A stretch of 63,769 nucleotides of DNA, filler included, from Choristocarpus tenellus KU-1152 (Eukaryota > Protista > Phaeophyceae), in the NCBI GenBank assembly GCA_964200185.2. It is 14 parts of 14 records of this genome, joined end to end, with 100 filler letters (N's around TTAATTAATTAA, not from the genome) between each part and the next. Parts side by side here need not be neighbours in the genome. Positions count along the whole stretch, not along the records: positions 25,005 to 27,898 come from CAXNAD020023840.1; positions 27,999 to 35,381 come from CAXNAD020006238.1; positions 35,482 to 40,234 come from CAXNAD020013190.1; 11 more parts are not named here. The stretch is one strand, 5' to 3'. The position numbers were made by a program, and so were the translations under genes. The first letter of the stretch is position 1, and each line of letters starts with the position of its first letter. Positions 24,905 through 37,271 of this stretch are shown here, piece after piece. Under the pieces are notes generated by a model, which ran no database searches, was not told where the DNA came from, and was given only the letters and a program-made list of their open reading frames with translations.

Positions 24905-25004
24905 NNNNNNNNNNNNNNNNNNNNNNNNNNNNNNNNNNNNNNNNNNNNTTAATTAATTAANNNNNNNNNNNNNNNNNNNNNNNNNNNNNNNNNNNNNNNN
25001 NNNN

Positions 25005-25179
25005 GGGGGTTCGGCGTCCGTTTTTCACCCTTTTTTCGATTTTTAATTTTTTGGTGTGATTTGGTAGCACGTGTCGGATTTGAAATGTCAGCAAAAAAAA
25101 GAGGTGTTTGACCGAAACGGACGCCCCCTCCCCACACCCCCCCCCCCCCCCCCCCCCCCCCCCCCAGATACTTTGACCC
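25005..25179. mobile_element. Poly-G/C MITE subfamily copy, truncated by the contig start
   Basis: Ends in polyC-AGATACTTTGACCC, the reverse complement of the family TIR. Confidence 0.7.
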
Positions 25180-25905
25180 TTGAGGTTACAACTACGAGGG
25201 TCAAAAGAACCCTCATAGTGGGTGCACTGTTTTGGCTCAGTTGCGGCAGCAGCTACACAATTGCTGGTGGATGAGCGTGGGAGGTGAGGTGCTGCCTGCA
25301 CTTCTGCAAACGTAACATCTAGAAGGAGGCCTTTGTCTTGGTAGGGAGCTGATCCAGCATCAAAGACCAGATCCACCAGGAAATTCCTGTCCACTGTAAA
25401 AATGGGCTACCATCCTCAATAGTGGAAGGGGTGACCATTCCTTTGCAAAGTTGACTTAGACGCTTCACCATTGGTGTGTGTTGACGAGCCTGCCCTCCTG
25501 CCCTAGGGCAGGTACGTGCATGTCCGGTGTCTACATTTTGTCTCCTGTGCCCAGTCACTGGGCACCTGTTCGATAGAGCCTCCTCTCCCCCTAGAGATCT
25601 GCTGGTGGTGAGTCTAAACTCAATGAGGGGGGTCTGGCATGTCGGCTCCAGGGGTTTTGTTGAGGCCCATGCATTTGCCCCTTGTCCACATTGGCTCGGG
25701 TGGCGTGCCAGGGTCAGCGAGGAACTTTCCTTCCCTTCTTCCACTTCATCAGGTAAGGCGACCAATTGCGTCCAGAAAGAGTCAAAGCGGATCCTGTTTA
25801 GGAGGGAGGTGATCTCATGTTGTGCCCTCCTTGCAATCCTGGCATCATGGGCTGCCAGAGAGTGGACCTCTGAGGCCGGTGTGGGGAATGTTGTTCCCCC
25901 CCTTG
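25180..25905 (-). mobile_element. Non-LTR retrotransposon remnant with CCHC knuckle and restriction-like endonuclease (CRE-like)
   Basis: Reads FRLTTSRSLG...RCP...DTGHARTCPRAGGQARQH...IEDGSPF, then after a frameshift DLVFD...LLLDVTFAE...AAAATEPKQ..HYEGSFDP. This is the layout of RLE-clade C-termini. Confidence 0.65.
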
Positions 25906-27167
25906 TATCGTAAGCATCGCTTTACTGTAAGCTGGTGTTTGTGATATACTAGTCCTTTCTGCGATATGCCCGAGTTTTAATAACATTAGTTCTCTACTTA
26001 CCGCCCTTGGGTTAAAATTACAAGTAGAAAATGCAGGTCATATGTTCGTTGTATTCTTTACACGATCTTTCGCTCTCTATTCCATATTCTCTATTGTCCT
26101 ATTTCATGTTTCTTTGCCTTCTCCCTGATATATTTCTTGTTGTCCCTATATGACAATCCCTGCAACATGTCAGCATGCATGATAATATATTTATAGATGT
26201 GTATATTAATCAATATTATACTTACACTTGAACTATATATATACATATACAGGTAAGTATATATGATATATATATATATGTATGCATGGATGATGGGGAG
26301 TGCATAGAGTGGTTCAAGTGATAGGGCCTTTGGCAGGAGATGTTTTACTCTGATCCTCTTCAGGATCTGCTTCTTCACTACAGTGCCAAGTGTGGCGTGG
26401 CAGTTAAGGAATGTTCACCTCTGACCCCACCATTTCCAAGGACCTTGTTGTCAATTAAGAGAGACACCACAGACAACCTGAACAGAGGAGGAGGAGGAGG
26501 ACCAGGGAGTGGGAAAATACTTAGCCGACTTTTGTGGGAGTATCCTTTATGCTAACATGATGTGTTATCTCCAAGATCCAAGGAGGTTTGGCCAGGATGG
26601 TGACAACAGTGCTTGCGAAGGTGACCAGACCATTTGGTCTGACTTCATTGGCATTAAAGATAGAGGCTACGTGTCTTCGTCCTCCTAATCAGGATGCTGA
26701 AACCACGGAGACTGGGGCACTGAACCTGACCTACAAGCAGACTGACAGGTTTATTTACCTTGGGGGAACTATCACAGTGACGATAGCACTCTTTCTGCTG
26801 AGATCAGCTGGAGAATTCAGAACACTTGGGGTCATTTTCGCAAACACACCCAAGCCCTCTATGACAAGATCTATGGCGTCCCACTTGGGCTCAAGGTTTG
26901 AATACTCAAAGTTGAAGTATTTGAAGCTCTGTTTTATGGCTGTATGATATGAACACTCTGCAAGACTCACTATCTGGAGTTCTGCTCACATCGTCACGAA
27001 TTCCTCCACCACTGCATAGATTTCCGCAAACAGGAATGCACCGATCATGCCTTATCCTACCAAGATGCTCTTAATGAAGATTGGGTGTGAGAGTATTGAG
27101 ACAATGGTGCGAAAGCGGAGGCTCTTATTTTCTGAGTCAGTTTCTCACATAAGAGATGGGGTGACGT

Positions 27168-27676
27168 GAGTCAAAGTATTTTAGAGGGTAGAGCCGCGTC
27201 CGTTTGGAGGCCAAGATCCAATGTTGCGATTTTTATTTAATTTTTTCTATCGTGTTTGTTAGGAGATGTCAATATCCTTGTTCCGAGCACACCTTTCATA
27301 ACGTTACATTTTACCTACTCCGATTTCGGAGTAGGAAAATGCAACAAAAAACCCGTGGGAAGAGCCAATGTATCTTAGAGGGTAGAGCCACGTCCATTTG
27401 GAGGTCAAAATACAATGTTGCGATTTTGACGCAATTTTGTCTGTTTGTTAGGAAGTGTCAATATCCATGTTCCGGATACACCTTTTCATAACATATTCAC
27501 TGTACCTATTCCTAAGTATTTTGGAGTAGGAAAATGTCATAAAAGGACCCATGGGAAGCCAAGCACCAAATGGACAAACAGGGCAAAACTCGTACCCTCT
27601 AAGATACTTTCACTCGGAAGTCAAACCCCAATGAACAAACAGAGCAAAATTCGTACCCTCCAAGATACTTTCACTC
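27168..27676 (+). mobile_element. Sola-like MITE, outer copy, TSD ACGT
   Basis: ACGT|GAGTCAAAGTATTTTAGAGGGTA...TACCCTCCAAGATACTTTCACTC|ACGT. Confidence 0.88.
27362..27615 (+). mobile_element. Sola-like MITE, inner nested copy, TSD GGAA
   Basis: GGAA|GAGCCAATGTATCTTAGAGGGTA...TACCCTCTAAGATACTTTCACTC|GGAA. Confidence 0.88.
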
Positions 27677-30292
27677 ACGTCCTCCTCAAGTATTGATGTT
27701 TGAGAGGAGCTTGCAAATGGAAAACGGAAGCAATGTGGCGACAGGAGAAGAACTGGTGGACATCTCTCCAAGACGACCTTGACAAGTTTGGGATTGGAGA
27801 TGAGGGTTGGGGTGCGAGAGTCAGTAAACCAACAGGAGTGGTACTGTTACAGGCGCCCCTCAATGCTCACCTTCCAGGATGTACAACTCAAATCCAACNN
27901 NNNNNNNNNNNNNNNNNNNNNNNNNNNNNNNNNNNNNNNNNNTTAATTAATTAANNNNNNNNNNNNNNNNNNNNNNNNNNNNNNNNNNNNNNNNNNNNTT
28001 GGGGGTTTTTTTTTTCGGGGGCTCCCCCTTTGGGGGATTTTTTTTTTAGGGTTTTTTTTTTTGGGGGGGGGGGGGGGGGGGTTGGGTTAGGGACTCATGG
28101 CTTTTAGTGTACATAGTGGTTGGTATTAGGATATAGTGTGTCCTTGCAGGGTCTTTTCCATCGCAGCATTGTGACAGGTGTATCTGTGCGATATCCCAGT
28201 TAGGTGTGTATGTAATGCTTTTAACCTTCTCACCTGGCAAGTATCTATCACGGCCATGCCACACATAAGCCACAACATTACAGTCAGATGACAACTGTGT
28301 TCTTTCTTTTCATGGGATAAGATGTGTCTATGTCTAGAGTGTTTTACAGAGGTGCACCTTGGATGACATGCGCTGCTTTAACAATACATCAACTACAACT
28401 CAGTTCAAATTGATGTCAACTGATCGGAGGGAATTGCAGTACATCATGGTGGATTGAGTACAGAGGATGGTACCACATCAGGTGTAAGTACAGAACATTG
28501 AAGTACAAGAAAAAAGAGCAGTGCTTAGTTCCGAGAGGTCCAGAGGCTATAAGCCTTACCCTCACCCACAGAAAAAGTGATAATTTCAACTAAGGAACAG
28601 TCAAATGTATACAATGTTCCGTCTTTTCAAATCTACACGGAGGTTGTTGTTGGTCCAACATATTCTTGAACAAAGAAGGAAATCAGGGACTTCAAATAAT
28701 GCATGTTTAAAAAGGAGTTTCGAAAAATCCAAAAAGTGCTACATCTTAATTATATCTTGGGATGTTGATGATGAGACGAGACATAGTAATTGTTTTTGGT
28801 ACGCCGTTTGATTGCCATAGTTCAGGTACTCTTGGTGGGCTTCTACAAATGAAAACACCTACCTACAGCTAGAATGTAACCAGAATGAGTTATGCATATA
28901 GTAGTTGGAAATGCTCTGTGAAGCAGTGCTTGCTCATCGGGCACAATACTAGCAATAGCTGCAAGTGACTCATGAACTCTTTGTTGTACTTAATGGCACA
29001 AAGCTTTTTGAAATTACTTTGGTGTGAAAGCAGTAGAGTAGTTTGTTGTGGTTTGGATTGCCTCTAACCTCTTTGGTCTGATATTAAAAAACTGAACATA
29101 ATAGTCACGAATGGAGGTCCCAAAAAAAATGCAAGGCAAAGCAAAAAATATGCCCACATTGACAATTGCCACACACAGGCATCTAAGTGGGAAAGAAAGT
29201 ATACCCAAATTTGGTGAAGCAGGTGAGACCATGAAATCATTGAAGTTACAAAATAAGAGCCGTAAGCCAGAAATGAAACAAGAAGATCAAGACCTCACCA
29301 AAGATTTATTTTTCTGCATTTTCCATATATATATGTGTGTATGTTTGTGTATGTATTGGCATGTGGTGCATGCAAAATACATGCTTTTAACATATTTTAC
29401 GCAAATATACATTTAGCTCATGTTATCATGGGGGAAGAAATAACACACAAGCAACGGGGTCTGCACTGACTAACAAAGGCCTTTTCTATCCAGCAGTGGT
29501 TGTACAGTATTGGAAATCAAGGAAGAGGCCTTCCTATGCCATGGTTATCATATATTTGAAATACAAGAGGAAAACCTTCCCACACAACACAATATGCTAA
29601 AAGTGCATATAAAATAAACAAGAAACACACGATACAGTTGAATTTGGAGCTAGACTGGCACAGAGAAGGCGATCTAAACACAAGAGGGGAATCCCTGACT
29701 AGATCAGAATTTGAATGACAGCATTCTAGACCTGATTATTAGCTGCATTCAATCCACCAACTCAAAAACAAGTTCTAACCCCTTGAAGGGAAACAAGGTC
29801 TGGTGCCCTCCTGGAAGAGCCGAAAGAAATGTTTTGGTAAGCCAAAAAAAAAAGAAAAATCAATTACGCATGAAATAGATCCATCAAACGTCCAAGCAGC
29901 CCAACACATACAAAGCTCTGTTGGAGAGAAGCAAACACACCTCCATGCTATACAGGTTACATACGAATGAAGAAAATTAGTCCCCACACCCTCCAAGGAA
30001 AACATGGCTCTAGTATACTTCCACAGATAAGGCCAATAAGTTTGTTATCACACCCAGCGGAGAGTGCAAGTCACGAAAAAAAAGAACATAGGATGGGGGC
30101 AATGCTCAATCACAAGTCTGTTGTACAGAACCACCCAAGCATTCCATGCGAGGAACTTCTAGGTAAGGAGTACATACAGAAGCCTTTTACACATCCTCTC
30201 CCGATGTTCAGCAATTGCCACGCCTAGACAAGATCCTCCACACACCCCTTTAAACCTTTAAGTGGGAACAACTACAGTCCAATGGAGCATTC

Positions 30293-30847
30293 TTACCCAC
30301 CGATACCACCGATAGAACCCGTGCAGTGCTCCGGGACAGCAGCTCCTGCTCGCAGTAAGTAACCGGGAACGAATATACCCAGGAGAGTCGCTGCCACGGC
30401 CACCACTACTCCAACAATTGCGAGGAGATGCCGGCCGCGACTTTTGTTGCTGTTGACCTCATCTCCTCCCTTCACTCTCGCGCAAAACACCATTGCGAAA
30501 ACCATGATAAGTGCACCTCCACCTTCTCTTGCTGACTCAGACTTTAACAGAGTGATCCACACCATTTCCTCGGCCTCCAAAATATCATCAGTAGTTGATA
30601 GTGCGATGGAGGATGGGGACGCCATCGTGTAGAGGGCGAGGGACAAGCAAGCTAAGCCATGCAACATGGCGGCTCCCTCAATAGCTCTCACTTTCCTTGA
30701 CCGATTTACCGCTGTCCCAATGCAGATGGTGGCAGCTACGACATAGAATGAGCACCATAATTCTGGGTCAGGGTCATTCAAATTGAGGTAAGCCGCTAGG
30801 AAGAAGAAAAAGGACAGAGTACCTACCGCCACACTTTCTGTGCTCAT
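30293..30847 (-). CDS. TMEM220: Transmembrane protein 220 family, single exon, 184 aa
   Basis: FFLAAYLNLNDPDPELWCSFY and ESAREGGGALI match the TMEM220 NDPD..W and E..RE..GL motifs. Several TM helices; intact ORF. Confidence 0.88.
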   Translation of the reverse strand: MSTESVAVGTLSFFFFLAAYLNLNDPDPELWCSFYVVAATICIGTAVNRSRKVRAIEGAAMLHGLACLSLALYTMASPSSIALSTTDDILEAEEMVWITLLKSESAREGGGALIMVFAMVFCARVKGGDEVNSNKSRGRHLLAIVGVVVAVAATLLGIFVPGYLLRAGAAVPEHCTGSIGGIGG

Positions 30848-33170
30848 TTTGGCGAGTGTTGTGCCCTAAGTCACCCTGGGCTCCCACCTAAAGACTGCCC
30901 CCCTCTCTGGAGACGAGAGACCCGACTTACACTTCCATTACTCACTACACTGGTGGAAGTCTTCACTACTTGTCGAACAATAAGTAGCCTCTATTAATTG
31001 TGATGTAAGGTACATAAGTCAGTTCTTATTATTACAGTTGAATAACTTACGATTGTTTATTTAAGTATGATTTCAGGTATGAGTGGATAGGGGTAGGATT
31101 TAAAACGGAGATTATATGAGTCAGAACACCATCAACGGGCTTTTTACACTATAATGGTTTTTCCCCTGACACATCTGCAAAATGTCCGAGGGCATAAAAA
31201 TAAAAATACAAAAATATATTTACTTGGTTTAGGAATCAGGATTGAACCGGGTGGCCGTGAAGTAGGACCTGCGTGAAATCGGGAGCAAAACATATTACCG
31301 TTGACATTTACGTTAGATGAGTGGGTTACTGATACTGGTGAAGGAGGAAATGATGAACGTTAGTTTCACCAATCATTGCACATTCTACATTCCGATTACT
31401 TCTTTTTTTACATGTTCTCATCTCCACAGTCTCAGAAACAGATTGTTTAGGAATATCAAAGAAAGGCCTCCTTTATTCTTTTTAATTTATGTGTGGAGAA
31501 GAGTGGATTAAAAGGTCAACCCATCCCACAATTGGTTTAACTCTATGTAAGTATCTCTATCTGACTTGACCATGATACTCAGTTGTTTGCCTATATGGGG
31601 TTGAACGAAGAGGCTGGTACATGTTGGTGGAAGACACGACACATCTATATACCCGATATTTGCGTTTGCCAAGTCTATCAGGTAGAAATAAGCCAACAAT
31701 AACTGGAATTGTGGCATTGCACCACACGAACGGGGTGTGTGCATGCGGTAAGTGCCTTTACAAAATTATACCTTGAAGTAGAACGTAGAATGGAACAAAT
31801 TGCAAATTACATACATCATATGGGACAAAAGGGGGTGTGGATAGACAGTATTGTAGAAATGATGATATATATGGGATTGGGAGAGGACAGAAACATTTTC
31901 GAACGAATCTAAGCCCAAAATTAAATCAAAAAAGGGAGGAATAAACTTTTCACAATAAAAATGAGCCCGCCAATATATAACTAACATTAGGCGGGGATAT
32001 TGATAAACCTGTGCATACTGTTGCAGCCTATATGGAGGAAGTTATGACATGAACTCAACAAAGAGAGGCATATCAAAGATTCACCTCAGGTCGATAGGAC
32101 AATACTACTACTGTTCAGCTTTTTTTAGTGACGGCCAAGTCCGTGGCCTTGAAAAAGGTGGACAGGGGCATACAGACCCAAACCAACTGAGAGAAAGGCA
32201 GGGTTGCATTTTAAGGATCCTGAGAAAGGTAAAAATATGCCATTTCGTACTATTGTAGAAGGAGCATTTCCAGAATTGTGGCGTCACTTTGTGATGTGCA
32301 AAGGGGAAACATCTATTTTGCGTACACTGCTGTGTAGATAAAGCAATGGAATGCAGTGTATTGAACAGGGTAAGAAAGATGACTTAGAATGCAGGAGGGT
32401 CCGAACCTGCCTCCCTCAGTTTATTTGGTTCACAATAAGCAGCTATGGTAGAGGCACCACATGAAAATGATCGTTCAAGGTGGGAAGGGCATGGAAAAGA
32501 CAGCACACCTACCACAAAATTGTTCTTGCCTTCATTTGCTGACTTTGCGGGTTGATTGCGGGGTTGCCCTCCTCCTGCTAATGATCTTACATGGACAGGA
32601 AACTATTACGCACTTCAATGTTTGTTTTCGGTGCCCTCCAATGTTTGTTGTGCCTAAGAATCAGACCCGCCACCACACATAACTTCAATTTCGAACAAAT
32701 ATATATATGAAAAACGAGATCAGTGTGCCACAACTGCGCATAACCTGCCCACAACTGGAAATGTTACAAAAGACAGTAACCAATACTACTAGTATTAGCA
32801 TACGTGGTGTTGTAAAGGTTGACACATAATGATAGATTCAACTACGGTATGCAACATGTGTCGAAACAGTCAAGGGCTAGAGATTCTGAAAGAACACCTG
32901 ATCTCGTTTTCTCCTTTGACATGAGCAGATTATAATCATGTCCCCAGTACAGGGTCGAGTTCATCTCCAGGCTGGTCATGCATGTAGACATCGTAGTGTT
33001 TGGCCCATAGGGTCTGGTTCCCACACCATGCGCACGGGTCCTAAATAACAAGACATATCTAGAATATCTTCTGTAAACACTCTACCTTTCTCTTCCAGTA
33101 TTCTCATAAGGGCAGATAATTTGTTCCCCACCTCCGCCTACTGCAGTGGCAAGTGGTGGACTGTTGCAAT

Positions 33171-33357
33171 GACCCAAAGTATCTGGGGGGGGGAGGGGGG
33201 TTCTACACCAGGGTGTCCATTTGGGACAAAGTTAGGAAAAATGCATTTACATTATCCATTCGACGTATGCAACCAAATCACCCAATAATCGTGACATAAA
33301 AAAAATTGACCCCAAATGCACAGCCGTCACACCCCCTCCCCCCCAGACACTTTGAGC
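33171..33357. mobile_element. Complete poly-G/C MITE subfamily copy, probable TSD CAAT
   Basis: CAAT|GACCCAAAGTATCT-polyG ... polyC-AGACACTTTGAGC|CAAT; the right TIR is 1 nt short. TIR stubs of this subfamily also occur at 3677-3698, 35350-35381, 40206-40234 and 51255-51323. Confidence 0.75.
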
Positions 33358-34234
33358 CAATATCTCACAGTAGTTCTCCAGTGCCCTCCCAACCTTTGCT
33401 TGAATGGATTTGTGTGTTCTAAGCTTATGTAATAAAAAGCGACTGTCTGAATGGTTGTGAGGTTCAGTGTACAGGACCCCATTGCAATGCATCGGTCACT
33501 TCTACCTGTGCATACTCATCTAGTTGGGTTAGGGACGTCCAAGACTACTCGTGGCGCTCCATAACTACTCTGGGATAGTTCGGCAAGCAATTCTGGCGGA
33601 GGTACGGGAGGGAGAAGCAATTTATAACATACACGCGTTTCGATACAAGCGGCATTAAGTATATTTTAAAACGCAAACACTGCAAACTACAAACAGAACA
33701 AATCGCACAACCCAAAATGACTATTAGTGGGGGTACTTACCGCTGGAGACTGGACACTTGCTTACCAAGTAAACGTCCCAAGTATTATGGACTTCTTGTT
33801 AGTTTATCATCTTCTTTGATGTTTCAATATCTCACATTATTTGAAGATGTGGGAAGAGATTGTAGGATTATGAAGTAATCTGAGTCTTGTGGGCGCGAAA
33901 CAATTGTCCGGAGTGATTGGCTTTCTCGAGTGTGGAAGGGAGAAAGACGAAGGATGGGGGGAAAGGTAAACAAAGAAGGTTGATCGGAGCAAAGATGGGG
34001 GGAATGAAAGGCTAAAGAAATTGTGGGCGAGGGAACTCGTAAGATGGTCTTTGTGAAAAGTATTCCAATAGAGGTAAGAGGTAAAGGTGGAGCACGCCAA
34101 ACGAATTTACAGGGGCCTGTACGGCTGTTACGATCGCGTTAGAAACCGCAACTATTTCAGGGCATTGCAGATTGCGGTTACTGTTGGGGTAATTGTTGAA
34201 GAGTGGTCTCTAGACCGCAACTCTACTAAAGTGA

Positions 34235-35349
34235 TACCAATAGGTTACCCTCTGGAGCAATGTAGCTTTTTTTCAGTGTATTGCCACAAGAATTACACAA
34301 CAATATATATATATATATATCTCAAATGAAAGCCTATGACACGACCTGTTATAGACTAATGTACAAACTTCATTGAACAGGAACAATACCCCCATCAAAT
34401 AATTGAAGAAATGCGGAGGAACATCTCTGACGCGATTTTGATGGTCACAATCTAAAAAGGAACAAAAATGAAGTGGTTGGCTGAATTCCGAGCAAAAACC
34501 TGATGCAGCTCAGAGGGCGCTGTCCAAATATGGTGCTTGTGTCAATACCGAAAAAAAAGAGCAAGATTTGCAGACATCGTTATATTACTATTTGCAGAGT
34601 TTCTGTGAGTACACATGAACCACGATGATGAGACAAGAAGAGCCGCCGAGGCCACTCTGCCCCCTGAATCTACCCTCTCAGCACCTTCTCTGTCGAGAGG
34701 CAACGGAAAAACAAGTACCGTGTGACATTCGGCGCGATGTTAGGTGACGAAAACGTGCGTAGACTATGATGCAGCAACATGATCAAATCGCGAAATGAAC
34801 CACGCAGCCGCAACACTGACGCTGAGAGAAGTTGCATTGAAAACATTACCACACAAACGTGGTTGGATCTTCAACCGCGTTGGAGCACTGCTCTGCAGTC
34901 TCTGCTGCCTCCGGAAAACAGGAAGAGAGTGGCGAGTCCATCACCAGGTGGTACAGTGACGAAGTCTGTGGGAAAGCTTGGTCACGGCGGGCGAAGGGAG
35001 AACCGGGGTGACCGCCCGAAGGGAAGATCGGAGAAGAGAGCAGTGCAACTGCGTGCTATTGCGCTCAGGAAACGCCTAAGCGAAACCCGGATGTAGAATA
35101 TCTTAGTAGTCGACAGTTGCAGCAGGACCTAGCTGTTTGGAATCTATGTGAGTCGGAGTGGCTTAAGGAAAACAAGAAAGAAGGTGTTAGGTTGGGCTAC
35201 AAGGCTCTGAAGCCCCAAGGAGGTCGAAACGGCTCGCAAGGTGGAGGAGAAAGCGATCGTATCAAAGGAAGCTGTGGAGACGTTTCGATACCACCAAATC
35301 CTTTACTTAGAAGAGGTCGCGAAGCAGGTGGAGGTAGCCATTGACGAGG
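34235..35349 (+). mobile_element. Unclassified repeat with decayed ORF, copy 1 (probable DNA transposon 5' region)
   Basis: Colinear with 53808-56020. Shared peptides MNHD.ETRRAAE, TWLDLQP, ASPSPGGTVTKSVGK and VETFRY.QILY.EEV.K.VEVAIDE. Confidence 0.7.
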
Positions 35350-35873
35350 GGGTCAAAGTATCTGGGGGGGGGGGGGGGGTTNNNNNNNNNNNNNNNNNNN
35401 NNNNNNNNNNNNNNNNNNNNNNNNNTTAATTAATTAANNNNNNNNNNNNNNNNNNNNNNNNNNNNNNNNNNNNNNNNNNNNTTATACAGTGTACTATGGC
35501 TAAGAGCTACAAATGGGTTGGCAGAGGAAAAGGTGAACGCTTGTCCCCCCCCCCTCCCCCCCCCCGCGCGCGCACGTGCCACACCATCCTTGTGAGAACA
35601 AGTTACCCACCACTAATGAGAAGAAAATTACACCCACACCATCAGACCTCATAGGGGCAAGAATAATGAGAAGATCATTTATTCAACATACGTAGCCCAG
35701 AAATAAAAGGGTGCAAACGAGGATCCTCTCTAGATGCCACTTGGCGATATTTCAATGGTGGCTGGCTAAACTACGAAAGATCTTGACTAAACAATCCAGG
35801 AGGTAGATGGATCGGATGTCAGGTCAAGCCTAGACCTCAAAGACGATACCACAGTATAGGGCGTAACCTTCAC

Positions 35874-36998
35874 CTCCCGAGAAGGCGAGATCGACGAGAA
35901 AGCCTCCTGGCTCTGCCTGACGGCCATCCGAACGTCTTCCATATTTATGTTAGCCCTTCCCGCGTGATTCCCATAATCCCTGGCATCGTGAAGAATGCCA
36001 CTAACATATCCTTTCATGTAGCGCAAACATGGAAAGTTAAAAGGTGGGGGGGGAGGCAAGGGGGGAGGAGCATGAAAAGGCTGGCTGAGCTGGTCACGTG
36101 GATTGTTTTGCGTCGCCGTTTGAAATTGGTGTCCTTTTGAGTCTAGATATGAATGTACTATGTACGTTGTCAGAAGATGGTTTACAGTTAGGTGCACTCC
36201 AGCTCACGTCTGTCTTCGAGAGGGGTTTTTAATTACCCATTTGAATGAGGTGCTTGTGTAGATTATGCGAGCAAGGCTTGTGTTTAGAGCTTCCTCGGGG
36301 AGAAGATGTGTATTGCATAATACATGATACTCTTGTTTGAGTGGGAGTATCATTACCCTCATCGGGCAAAGCTCCTCGCAATAAGTGAGACGCTCACAAA
36401 CTTGAAATAGGACAGCACACGACAGCTCTTGCACTCACTCCTCATGCGTTCCACGAGCTGACTCGTGACCCTCGACTCATATGAAGTTACTCCCATTGAC
36501 TGAAGAATCTGAATGAGTGGAAAACGCAGGGAACAAGGGGGGTTAGAACCCGTCTCCAGCAATGTCGAGAATAGCGGGGTCAAAAAGGGTGGAAATAAGA
36601 CATGTTCCGCGTCGACGGTACGCAATCGAGAACCCATAGTCTCTTTCCCCCACCCATAGGGTCAACAAAGAAAGTGGGGATAGTGGGGGTCCAGCTCGAC
36701 ACCTCCAGCAAATAAGGTAGCCTAATAATTGCAGAGTGAAGACCAATTCTAAGTTTCTAAGGCCACACAGTAGTGAGAAGTAGATATTTGCCTGCTCAGT
36801 GGCTTTCTCATGGAGTCAAATTGAAACCAGCAGTCAACACTAATCCACATCTGGAGTTATGACATGTATTAATCGTACCTTGGAGATGGCTTTCTCATCT
36901 CGATGCTGAAGATTTGCAGCCGCTACCGTCGCTACCGCCGCAGCGGATGACGCGGAGTCTACTCCTCGCTTTCCGCTACCATTTGCCCTTGACGACAT
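35874..36998 (-). CDS. TAF9: TFIID subunit 9 (histone fold), exons 36998-36879, 36508-36439, 36010-35874; 3' end not found
   Basis: Spliced translation ...HRDEKAISK|ILQSMGVTSYESRVTSQLVERMR|RYVSGILHDARDYGNHAGRANINMEDVRMAV...SPSRE matches the TAF9 histone fold, with consistent phases. Confidence 0.92.
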
Positions 36999-37271
36999 AC
37001 CCCACTTCCTCTTTGTTTGACTTAACAATATCCTAGTGTAGATAGACAAAAACCTCAATCGCATCCTTAACCCTAAGCTGGAACAATCATTCCCCTCTCT
37101 TCTCTCATTGTTGCTAGTACTGTATTGGTCAATATACTTCATATTTTTAAGTATACAATATATTTTGAGATACACTAGACAAGAGTGGACCAAGAGTATA
37201 CCAGGAAAAGAGGAAGGGGTAGGAACGCCACCCCCACAAGTGCAAGGGCTGTATGGGCGTGGTAGGTGGTG
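36999..37271. promoter_or_regulatory. Putative bidirectional promoter between TAF9 and the Qc-SNARE gene
   Basis: Divergent start codons separated by 273 bp. Confidence 0.55.

Larger units (their letters stand above)
26330..27830 (+). mobile_element. RTE-clade LINE remnant (RT C-terminal part), interrupted by nested MITEs
   Basis: Degenerate LYA(D), GLARMVT, FGLT, YKQTDRFIYLGGTIT, LKV.ILK.EV..LFYGC and a RPPK..MF block, with many frameshifts. Confidence 0.75.

Noticed and set aside
31225-31310. tRNA or tRNA-derived SINE (GGTTCAATCC B-box on minus strand)
   Set aside because: No A-box, no cloverleaf and no second copy.
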